DNA of 62,781 bases, the filler included, from Choristocarpus tenellus KU-1152 (taxonomy: Eukaryota > Protista > Phaeophyceae): NCBI GenBank assembly GCA_964200185.2. It is 12 parts of 12 records of this genome, joined end to end, with 100 filler letters (N's around TTAATTAATTAA, not from the genome) between each part and the next. Parts side by side here need not be neighbours in the genome. Positions count along the whole stretch, not along the records: positions 9,677 to 13,136 come from CAXNAD020019889.1; positions 13,237 to 16,817 come from CAXNAD020019129.1; positions 16,918 to 21,326 come from CAXNAD020014690.1; positions 21,427 to 32,524 come from CAXNAD020002511.1; 8 more parts are not named here. One strand, written 5' to 3'. Below the pieces are notes generated by a model. It was not told the DNA's origin and searched no databases. It worked only from the letters and a program-made list of their open reading frames with translations. The position numbers and the translations under genes were made by a program. Shown here in pieces: positions 10,810-22,375 of the stretch (within the stretch, counting starts at the first letter, position 1; each line of letters starts with the position of its first letter).

Positions 10810-12937
10810 GAGATTCCGATTACTTGAGACGTGTTGGGTTGTATGCGATGACATTCCTTCTTAATTTTGGTGGTGGGTTGTAATTATGTGCATGTGTCCT
10901 CCCTAATGTAGTTTATTCTCTTCTTGAGAGGGATTTTGAGACTTTCCAGTGTGTATCACAGGATGAGAGCAAGGTGAAAAGGCTTCCCTTCTTGATTATG
11001 CTCTTACTACTATGTGAAGCATAATGTGTGCTTTACTCTTGAAGATAAAGGTGCATCCACTTCGGGATATCAGTGCTCGTGAACGAGTGCAAGATATTTA
11101 TTTTTGCTATTTTTTTACCTCGATTAGTTACGAGGTGTTTTTGATCTCTTGACCTGACTGCCACACCTTGCACATAGTCCCAAGGTAGACGCTATGAGCA
11201 CGATTTGCGTAGGGGCAAGTCTGTACTTAGTATAGGCTGGCGCTTTCTAATGGTGTGTGTTACGCATTCATACAGGGGAAAATTGAAGAGCTGGTAGGTT
11301 TTTCATCCAAAACTGTAGCACTTCCTCTGGGGACTGTATTTCATCTCAATGTGTTGAAGACATGTTTTTTCTCAACCCTGAACTGAATGGTGGGAAATTG
11401 AGTGGTTAAGGGAAGAGAATGACCTGTTCTTAATATTTTGTATTAGGACCCATACCATCTTGTTAGACACCTTTAGCAGTTGTAATCTTACAGAGATTTG
11501 TGCTGCACCCCTGTGCACCACTGTTGAGCGCAAGAGTGCCTAATGCACATGACCATTTTCTCCTTCTGCGTCCTGAGTTGGTTGACAAGTCACTTTCTGC
11601 ACTCTTCCAACATCCCTCCACACTCTAGACACGCCCTCACACTTTCTCCCATCAGGACTTTCAGCAATTCCAACTCGATGGTTCTGATATTTTTGTTTAG
11701 TAGTTAATGTAAAATAAATACTATTCTGTTTCCTTTTGTTGCTTTTCCAGTATTAAGAGGGTCTAATGATGATGCCAGTTGTGAAGCAAAAAGGTCACTT
11801 CATGATGATAATTAATTCCAGGCCTGTGACCTAGTCTTATTCACATAATGACATTTAGGGCAAATTGTTTTGATTTGTGTATGTCCATTGCTGACTGTGC
11901 TTCATGAGGACAATTTGTGCAGGTCATGATCATTGTGCATTACAACTTCTGAGAGGTCACATTATTACCACCCGTTTGAGACAATCTCCAAAACATTGAT
12001 CCAGGTTGAATTTAACCCGAGAGCATGACATGATGAGGAATAAAAATGAGGTGAGCGTATATTTCAGTCTCCTGTTTCAAATGAACTGTGAGAAGCTATC
12101 TGACAATTATGTGGGAAAGTCCCCAATTCTTGATACAACAGTGATGGTGTTAAACTAATGATCACCTGATATGCTGGGAAAAAACTCTTATTTTACTGAC
12201 AGCATACATGTGTGTGTTATGTAGTTGAATGTAATGCACCAGCTTGTTCAAAAGAGCACATATTCTGTGGTAGTATTTACACAAAATTACGTTTTTTGTT
12301 GTAGATATGCTGTACAATGTAAGGTACACCATCTGACCTACCATATCCCCCCAAAAATGAGATGAAAATATGAAGTATATGTCATCAACGGAATCTTTAA
12401 GTTTCCTGCAAGCATTACATCATTAGTATTTGTACCAATAGTACTTCGTAGCAGTATTTTGTACTCATCTACAGTTCGATACTGTGAACGCTCTGCTGCT
12501 ATGGTACTTGCATGATAGCAGTGTCCAACTGCCGTAGTTAACCTTGCGACAATGATTTTTTAGTTTAGAGCGAGTCACTCACAGGTTGGTCAGAGCAAGT
12601 GGCACCAACATGGACGCAACAAAGAGTAATTCACCTCCTCAACCTCACAGATGCACTTTAATATCTTCCTCACATGACTCAACCTTGCTAGAATACCTGC
12701 CTAGTATGCCTATAGATCCTACTTCAGAGAAACATTACATAAAGAGAAGATTGAGCCATCCTATTGGGTCTATGTAGACCCATCCAACCACTGCAGAGAA
12801 TTTGAGGTGTTTGCTGTACTTCCTACCTGACACTTCACCCCCACACCTGAAAATGTACCTAACCCCCCCTTGGAGGATGTGCCTGTAGATGAGAAAACAA
12901 TCGGTTTGTACACATGAGTGAAATGTGCCCTTCAAAT

Positions 12938-13113
12938 GGATCAAAATATCTGGGAGGGGGGGTGGCGGCTGTCCATTCGGGACCCATTTTTCCATGTCGC
13001 AATTTTTGGGTGATTCGGTTGCATGCGTTGGATGGATAATTAAGCTCATTTCTCCTGGTCGTGGCCCAAATAGACACCCTGGTATAGACCCCCCCCCCCA
13101 GATACTTTGAGCC
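12938..13113. mobile_element. MITE family B, full copy (reverse orientation relative to 1272)
   Basis: GGATCAAAATATCTGGGAGG...CCCCAGATACTTTGAGCC; the flanks share aat (3 bp). Confidence 0.85.
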
Positions 13114-13288
13114 AATCGCTACAATTAGAAGCACATNNNNNNNNNNNNNNNNNNNNNNNNNNNNNNNNNNNNNNNNNNNNTTAATTAATTAANNNNNNNN
13201 NNNNNNNNNNNNNNNNNNNNNNNNNNNNNNNNNNNNACCAACCCTCTTTCCCCCCCCGCCGCCCTTCCGACCCCCCCCCCGCCCAGAG

Positions 13289-13319
<31 letters not shown>

Positions 13320-14259
13320 ATTGAGGCCATTTCTTTAATCCTTCCTCAGTTAGAGTAGAGCCCCATGCCACCTCACTGCGACACCATCACACCGAACACC
13401 TCACCATTGAAATCTCCAAGGAGTCCCTGAAGAGTTTGGAGTTCGGCACAACACCTATCCCAACCAACACCGCCCTCGCAGGAACGTGTATCTGCCGAGA
13501 GATTTTTTTTTCATTAAAAAATAAATAAATAAATAAAATTGTGACCTCATTTAAGAATAAAATAATATATACACATCTATCTGTGGAGAGAGAAGCACTA
13601 GCAGCAAAGAATAAAAATTCAAAAATAAAAATAATAATATATATATGGAGTGCATCAGCAAATTTTTACAAAAAATAGAAAAAAAAAGTTTCTTGCATCG
13701 GTCAAAGGCAAAAGAGTCAAGCAAACGGAGGAGGGGCGTATCCACTGGCCTTTAAGAGGGACAACTTAACTTCCTGGTCATGGTGCTTGTCCTCAGAGCA
13801 CTCCACTCCACTCCACTCCACTAACCCTAACCACCTACATACATCGCCACAGGTGTGCTATCACTCAACCGCTCTTCAAGCACAACTAAATCTTGAAAAA
13901 ATAGATAAATATATATATATTTATGTGTATGTACATACTCCCTCTCTGTCCCCTTCTTAAGTCTGTTTCTTTCATACATGTACCTCTTTGGGATGACCTC
14001 CAATTAAAAAAAAATAAGAAAGATTTGTGCATTGGATTCCTCGGAAATGTTTTACGGTGAGATGTGTTAATATTTGAAAAATTTTTATATATACATATAT
14101 ATATATATATCCCGAAATCGTTCTGAAAATATGGAACAGAAAAAAAAGACGGGCACGAGTTGCGTGTCATTGTGTTCCTGCTACTACACACTAGCATCAA
14201 AAAAAAAAATTCTTGAGTCATCCATCCCCCGGTCGTCTCTCAATCTCTAGTACACAGGG

Positions 14260-14525
14260 TTTTCTACACCTTACATCCAGTGTCCAAAAGGACTCCACAC
14301 CTTCGACGGCGGTAAAAAGGGATTCCACACCTTCGACGGCGGTAAAAAGGGATTCCACACCTTCGACGGTGGTAAAAAGGGATTCCACACCTTTTGATGG
14401 CGGTACAAAGGGACTCCACACCTTACATACTGCATACAAAAGGACTCCACACCTTTGACAGCGGTACAAAGGGACTCCACACCTTACATACTGCATACAA
14501 AAAGGACTCCACACCTTCGACGGCG
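14260..14525. repeat. ~30-bp minisatellite, about 9 units of two variant types
   Basis: Core GGA(C/T)TCCACACCTT recurs every 30-32 bp, followed by either CGACGGCGGT or ACATACTGCAT variants. Confidence 0.9.
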
Positions 14526-14750
14526 TGCAAGCAACGTTCTGTACTACACGTCGATCCGTTCATTCGTGTTCAAAATGAGGTATACCCCTTTCTCCGTTTG
14601 TTTCTTTTGCTTAAAGAGGTGCCTGTTTACAGAGTTTATGAAGCATGCGCTCTATATTTCTTTTATTATCATCGGCTGTTTTTTTGTTTTGTTTTGGTAA
14701 TCAGAAGTTGGAATACATCTGAAAACCGCTGCGATATTCCCAAGTCACTG

Positions 14751-14848
14751 TAACCCTAACCCTAACCCTATCTTACCCTGCAACATATCAGCAAATCGGA
14801 GTTCCTCTTTAACTGGCAACATAGTGCGCAAACCCTAACCCTAACCCT
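14751..14848. repeat. Interstitial telomere-like (CCCTAA)n runs; similar runs at ~17603-17670 and ~20985-21007
   Basis: taaccctaaccctaacccta, aaccctaaccctaaccct, (aaacct)n and gttagggttagagttagggttag. Confidence 0.7.
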
Positions 14849-15094
14849 TACAACTCCAAGCACATGTCGTCGACAAAAATACTCAACACTATGTTTACGA
14901 CTGAAACACTGTACACGACAACATAAACATGTAACACTGTGTTATGTTACGCTTGTAACACTTTCAGGGTCCAAAGCACACACTTTCTCCGTTATCAATC
15001 AGATCGAAAATTTTCATTGGATAAAAAAAGAAAGGAGAAAGTATTTGAACTTATGTTGATAAACATACAACGCATATTACATAGACAGCACCCT

Positions 15095-15362
15095 CTAGCA
15101 AAATATCAACTCAAAGTGTTACACAATATAACACGGTGTTATGAGAGAAGAACACTGGCTAGAGTTAGATTCTTGCGTAAACAAGGCCCTTTGCAAAATA
15201 TCAACTCAAAGTGTTGTTCAACGTAACACAGTGTTATGAGAGAAGAACACTGTCTAGGGTTTGATTCTTACATAAACAACACTCTTAGCAAAGCAAATAA
15301 AGTATCAACTCAAAGTGTTGTTCAACGTAACAGTGTTAGGAGAGAAGAACACTTTCCAGGGT
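15095..15362. repeat. ~100-bp tandem repeat, about 2.7 copies
   Basis: TATCAACTCAAAGTGTT...GAGAGAAGAACACT recurs at ~15104, ~15199 and ~15303. Confidence 0.85.
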
Positions 15363-16274
15363 ATGACAACACAGTCACTTCTTCTTCATAAATCAACAAA
15401 CTCAAAGTACGCTTACAATACTCTTCAAAAATCTGCTGCACACCCTCTATAAAAAAATCAAGAGGAACCTTTCCCCCCTATTGTGACAGGGGTTAGGTTT
15501 AGGGTTGATCACGGACCTAAGAACAAAATAAAAATGAAGCCTCTGATCAACAGCATCTCTAAAAAAAAAGGTACGTTAGAACCTATAAACAGAACCTACA
15601 GGTACAACTCCACCTATTTTTCACTGACAAGATCTGACTTAACACAATGCCCTTTGTTAATCAACACACACACACACACAGATGTATATATATATATATT
15701 TGTATTTATACATTGATATACCTATGATTATTAATAAAAATACTATGAAATATGTAGCATTCCCAGCACACACAGCTGGGACATCCTAATCTCAGAGGAA
15801 GGTGCTGGTGAGCACTTCAAGAACATCGCAATTCTTATCAATTGCCTTGTGGTACCTATCCCTATTAACACTCCCCACGGGTGATATCGCGCTATGTGGA
15901 TGGACGTTCCACCTCCTACCTACGCAGTCTCACACCCCATGTAGGGGGAGTTATTTCACCCCCTCTTACACACCCCCTTTAGAAGTATCTCACTTCATGG
16001 AAGGATTTTTGGGGTTGGAATAGAACGGCAACGATTAACGATGAACAAGAATACAGGCAAAATGCCGTTGGGAAGTGGGCTCTTTCTATCTTTGTGGGTG
16101 GAGCCTTGGACAGGGGCGTGCGATCCTTTGCAGTTGTGGTACAATGAAGCTTCAGGATGGATGGACAACTAGAGATGAAGCGACTGTGTCAGACATAGCT
16201 TGTCAGAACTTTTTCCCTTTTTCCTATTAAAAAGGAGATATACTTTGAAGAACTCTCTTCCCCCTCCACCGCCC

Positions 16275-16324
<50 letters not shown>

Positions 16325-19296
16325 CCGGCCCCCCACCCTTGCCAACTACCCCAAAAACAATAATGTAAAAAATAAAATTACGAAAAAAGATAAAAAATAA
16401 ATAAATAACCTCACAAGCACCACAACAAAACAAAACATTGGACAGGAACACTCACCACCGTGTCAGCCTTGACCCGGACCACAACGCCTCTGCATTCAGT
16501 GAAACCCCGTGGAACAGGCCCAAACACTACCCGCTTCCCTCCCAAGGTCTCGAACTCCCCCTGAATGTGCAATAATCGATAAAAGAGTATGACAAGCATA
16601 GTATGAGGGAAAAATAACAAAATTTCTTATTAATATTATTATACTATTACTACATACAGACATACAGATGAATACGAGAAATAAACTGTCGGCAATATAA
16701 AAAACTGTTGACTGAGAATAAAATAAAATAAGACCAATATTTAACACTCTGTATCCAAGTACACAACACAAGACAACATTTAGGTTAAAAATTAAATACA
16801 AAAATCCTCTGCCCTCCNNNNNNNNNNNNNNNNNNNNNNNNNNNNNNNNNNNNNNNNNNNNTTAATTAATTAANNNNNNNNNNNNNNNNNNNNNNNNNNN
16901 NNNNNNNNNNNNNNNNNAATAAAAAAATCAGATGGAAACACTGTTCGAATGTACCAATACGATGCCATTGCCCAAATGCGCTGAAGAAAATCGAGAGGAT
17001 CATGCTGTACCGAGGTAATAGCACCACAGAACGTATGCCACGGATAGCAATTTATGGTGTAAGATATACACCATAAATTGCATTTGGTACATGCACTACA
17101 TGATACACACACAGTGCATGGATCACAGAATACACGTCGTAGATTGAGCTCCTTACGACGCTCCCCTGTAGAGTATATACAGAGAGTAGGAGGGGAGGTA
17201 AGAGCTCCACGAGGCCACCCAACGGGCTCCAGAGCAATGGCAACGGTTGTCCACGGCTCAGCCTTGTTAAACACGTGAGTTCAGTGCACTTCCGTCACAT
17301 TCCGTGCACACAACATCCCATCCAATTGATAGAATTCCCACACAACTCAGATGTGCAATGTGCAAAGGATTGTACTACAAATACGAAGGACGAAGGGTGG
17401 TGGAATAATTATTTCTATATACTTACACTGGCTGTTACGATTAATGTTGCTATTATTGTTCCTATTAGTCTGTGGGGTCCCAGATCCATGGTTGAAATTT
17501 AGTCGCTCAGCACCTTACCCAGAACAAACTTTTTGCATTCACTGTTTTTGTGCTAAGGCAAAATGTTTCTTTGAGGCCATTGAAATATAGCATGGATAAT
17601 GTAACCCTAAACCTAAACCTAAACCTAAACCTAAACCTAACCTGTCCCAAGCTCCAACGCTAACCCTAATCCAGCCTGAGTCCCTCTAATGTAACAATAT
17701 TTTTCACGTATATCTTCTATCGGGGGAAAATATAGAGTACAGCATATTGTATATTACATCGTCTAGAGTATTATATAGTACAATGTACAGAATAAACGTT
17801 AATGAAGACACTTTGTCTTAGACATATTGTTTGCAGTAAAGGACAGAGGGGTGTGTTGTCTTAAGGAACTCTCATATTAGCACTTGCATCTTAACCGAAC
17901 CCCATATTGTACCTGGTGCAACACTTAAATCAGCACACGCGGTGATGTTCTTAACCAGAAGTACAGTGTCAAAGGGTCTGTACTGCGAAAATCAATGCTA
18001 AAAGCATTGGCAAGGGTTTCAACAGGACTAAGCTACCAGCATATCATCACTCGTGCGACAGGAGCCGGCTATCTCAGGACGTACCTCTGCCTCTCAAGAA
18101 GCTCATGGTCCAGGTCGAACGAAGAGCCTTCAGGTTCCGTGGCCAACCGCAGGAGAGACGTTAGTCGAGGCTGTCGATTATTGCATAGGCGATGTTACGG
18201 TACGGAAAGAAGATGTTTGGGCGATAAGGTAGAGAAGGATAGTTCCCAGGGCGGTGAAGACCACGTCAACGAGGTCTGCAAGTTAGTCTGTTCGCTGTGC
18301 AATCTGCTCTACTGCACCACACTCTGATAGGGATACCCACCAACTGTAAGTCTTCAGGATTTTTAACTACTGAAACCTCTCTCAACGACTTCCAGGTCAA
18401 GTACAAGGTGAAGATTGGGTCAGGTAGCCTAGCATACTCACAGGAAGTCGGTCAACAAGCTTCCCCCCTTCACCACCCATCTCTCCCATTTCCAGCTCAG
18501 TAGCGAACGAACAGGCTGCGTTTCCTCGTTGATTATGCTACCACTGTATAAAACCGAGAAAAAGAGGAAGGAAAGTCTTGAGCACGAGGCACAGAGTGAG
18601 TAAACACACCTACAGTCGTGCAGGATAATGTTAAAGAGATCAATCCTGATTTCTCTCACCAAATCCAATCCGCTGAGACAACGCTTCCCAAGACCCTTGA
18701 ACTCCAAGCCTCTAATGATACAAGATGTTGCAGCTCAGATTCTCCTCGCGAGACCAGCTCACCACACCACGGGAGATTGACCTTACACTGATATTGGCTC
18801 TGCCTGGGTGTTTTGTTAAAACCCACGTGAGTAGAGCGAATCTAAGTGGGAGAATTTGAAGTCACTGGTCACGATCTCTCACAAATTTTTGCTGTTTTTC
18901 CTGTGGGGTATGGTGCTCACATCATAGCATTGAGGTCATGATTTTAAGATTCGCCGTAGCTATCGCTGGTGAGCTTAGTGCTTTCTACTCTACCCGAAGT
19001 CTTCATCGACACTGGCTTGTGCAATCCCCAAGGATCGGGTGAGTTGTTCACTCTCCTCCAAGTGTATCATCTACAGGTCCTACCCCAAAGAGATGGCGAA
19101 TGTTGGATTACAAGGGTCACAGATGCGTCAGCGAGGGCTTTCCGCCACCCTCCTAGAAGACCCTCTGTACCTAAGGATTAACCATGGCGCCTCAACCACA
19201 ACTGGCCTGCACAGATCCCCCTCTGCAATAATGCCTGATTTTTGGTCCTTCCTCACGATACCATCCACTACTTGAGCAGTCTCGGAGCAACCGCTA

Positions 19297-20963
19297 TGGC
19301 AGCCGCTGCCCCAGCCGTCTTTCCGGAACCTGGAGAGGCTGTGGATGAAATACCCTCTATAGAAAACCCGCCATCCAACCAAAGGCTGTTCTCCTTTGGA
19401 GCCATATCCGACGTCCAATACGCTGATTGTGATGACGGATGGAACTTCAAACAGACATATCGACGGTACTATCGCGGAGGTCTGGTGCAGCTGCGGAAAG
19501 CAGTCGACGTTTGGCTGGGCAGTGAAGAGCACCAGTGCGTATGGATATGTATGGGGAATAAAGCTGGGTTGGGACGAGGAGTGTCATCTCGTGTTCTCGA
19601 TTCTACTTTGATCTCATACATTTCAGCATCCTCGTTGTTGGTGGTGGATGTGTAAGGGACGAAGTGTGTGGGTTGACGATTTGATTCACAGTTGTGACTC
19701 ATTACCACTCGATCCGGTGCCACCGCTTTCCAGGTTTGTCCTCCAACTTGGGGACCTTATCGACGGGAGAAACTCTCCAGTCGCCTCGGAAGCGGCGTTG
19801 TCTGCAACGAGAAGGGAGTTGGATCGACTGGCAAAGGCATTACCTCTTGGTGTGCTGAGCAGTTTGGGAAACCACGAGCTATACAACTTCCCCAAGGAAC
19901 GATGGGCAAGAGAGGTGTGACAAGGGGTAGAGTTTTTTTTGTCGTACGTCCTTCAAACTTGGTCACTTGCGAGTGACCTTCTCCTAGGCCCCGAAGCGAT
20001 ACGAAATTTAAGGTTCACATTGGGGATACCACTTCATTTATGTATAAAGTTCCAGGAGTACAAATCACGTCCTAGCATGCGCCGTTTTGACAGTTACAAT
20101 AGATGAGATCAATCCACATCCATGTAACACAAGAGATTTAACACACTAAACGCAAGACACATTCACCACTTACACAAGTGGACACCTGCACTAGCAACCA
20201 GCTACCTGCTTCAACCTATCGGTGCACTTGCAGGAAAGCTCCAACAGCAGATATTACCTTTTCGCTTTATCCTTTCCAAATGAATCCCATCAATTTTTAC
20301 AAACCAAGACCCTGCCACCCACTCCCCCCACCTTTCGGAACAATGCGTATAGCTGGACTGCACCGAGCATGCCACTGCAGTCGCATTGTGTCAGGTGAAC
20401 AATGGTGCCAGTAGCCCTCTCAAGGATTTGAATGGAGTCAAGAACGCAAACATGGAGGCAAGAAGACGAAGTAGACGTGGCCATAGGGCACCTCCTGTAG
20501 CATTACCACAGCAGCAGCAGCCGCCACCACCGCCGCCACCACCCAGTGGAGAGGTCAAAGGTACTCAAGAGTGGAAAGCACAAGGAGGGAAGCAAGAAGC
20601 TGGGGATCACAGGGATGGGAAGGAGGGAGAGGAAGGGCAGGGGCAGGTGAAGGGGGCGAGGTTCTACTTCAGCTTTTCCCCAGAGCCATCTTTTCGATTT
20701 TTGTCACTTTATTCCTATGATGTGAATGGCATCCGGACAGAGGCTGGTCCTGAGGGTGTGAAAGGGCTTGGTCTGAGCAAGGTTGGTGCTGGCAGTGAAA
20801 GCAAGATTGAGCTGGGGGGGGTAGGGGAGGATAAGGAGGAGGAAGGAGAAGAGGCAGGAGAGAGCTCAGGGGGTGACTATGCATCCGTGGAGGAGCTCTT
20901 GGGGCATAGGAATCCAAACATGGACAAGAATAGCCCTGAAGGCATGTCTGGTATCCACAAACG
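19297..20963 (+). CDS. ADPRM: Mn-dependent ADP-ribose/CDP-alcohol diphosphatase-like metallophosphoesterase. Exons ..19534, 19734-19914, 20395-20963; 3'-partial; further 5' exons from 17995 are possible
   Basis: LFSFGAISDVQYAD..RRYYR, FVLQLGDLIDG, GNHELYNF and YFSFSP..FRFLSL. GT-AG introns 19535-19733 and 19915-20394 join in frame. Confidence 0.85.
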
Positions 20964-21426
20964 GTGAGGATATGGGGTCCTCAGAGTTAGGGTTAGAGTT
21001 AGGGTTAGCCAGTTTTTTAATCATTTCAATTTGCTCATGTTTCTATTAATGAATTGCTAGGTTTGTCTTGAGAGAGCTGATTTGTGCACGTATGATTCAG
21101 AAAATATTTTACATGCATTAGAAAGAAAAAAAAATGTACTTTTTTTTTACATGCATCCTTAAAATACACCTCTGGGTACATCTCGGGGGAATATTTGATT
21201 TTCAGTGTGTTTTATGGGGTGGAAGGTGGGGATGAAGGGAGGATGGGGTTGAGGTTTGGGGAGGGGGATTGTTGTGGGGTGGGAGATTGGGATGAAGGGA
21301 GGATGGGGTTGAGGTTTGGGGAGGAGNNNNNNNNNNNNNNNNNNNNNNNNNNNNNNNNNNNNNNNNNNNNTTAATTAATTAANNNNNNNNNNNNNNNNNN
21401 NNNNNNNNNNNNNNNNNNNNNNNNNN

Positions 21427-21467
21427 CCAAATGGACAGACGTCACCCCCTCTCAGATACTTTGAGCC
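21427..21467. mobile_element. MITE family B right terminus at a contig start
   Basis: CCAAATGGACAGACGTCACCCCCTCTCAGATACTTTGAGCC. Confidence 0.8.
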
Positions 21468-21483
21468 TGGTGCAAGAACTCAC

Positions 21484-22333
21484 CTTGGTCATGGTTTTGA
21501 GGGCCACAGAGGCCACTCCATGCTCATCTTTGTGGACCAAACCACAATCTACCCCCATGGCTACTGCAGAAGCAGATTCTCCCCCGAGACTCTTTGTGTC
21601 CAACGCCAAGCAGTGGACTGTCCCAAATGATCCTGCCCCGAGGACCTTGTGGTCACAGGACAGGGTCGGAGACGTTACCCAGAGACTGGGCAATAAGCTG
21701 AAGAAGGCATGCAGGAAAGGCTGCCCCCTGACAAAAGCACTTTCTAGTGCTTCTTCTCCATGGAGAAGACAACTCCCCATACCTCCTCCTTCTGCATGGT
21801 CCTTCAAGGGAGAGGCAGTAAGGAGACAAGCGTGTGTGTGTGTGCGTGTGTGTGTGTGTATTTATGAGAGATTTGTTCCATCAGTCAATCTTGTTAAGAG
21901 CTCTATGCTAAAGGGATCAAATCATCTCGTGGAACCTATACCCAGTGTTCTCACGGATCATTTAGGTAACCAACAGTTCTTCGACTTTAACCAACTCAAA
22001 CACTACCTAGAGCAATGGAGTGGGCATATTTTCACTTCAATACTTGTGTGAAAACAAACACAAACCCATCACAGTTACATAAATTCTAACCTCTATTCAC
22101 CACTGAGCCTGTACATTGCAAGTAAGATTTGTTCAAGAATACTCTACACCTTGGTGTCCTCTGTCAAAGCATGCCCTCCAACATTCCCAAAGAGTTAAAT
22201 TATTGTCAATACATCTGTGTCCAATAGGAAAGGGGCAGGCTGACATATTGACACACAACAATGTTTTAAGTGCTGTAGGTCTCTTGGATCAGACCATTCT
22301 GTGTGGAACTTCCTCAGAGTGTGAAGCATAGAC

Positions 22334-22375
<42 letters not shown>

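Noticed and set aside
14260-14525. CRISPR-like array (constant core with variable spacers)
   Set aside because: The spacers are only ~15 bp and repeat as two types. There are no cas genes and the context is eukaryotic, so it is a minisatellite.
16200-16451. PolyPro and polyGly ORFs
   Set aside because: They arise from a long C homopolymer, likely low-quality or low-complexity sequence.
17603-17670. True telomere
   Set aside because: The run is short, degenerate and internal to a contig; it is treated as an interstitial simple repeat.
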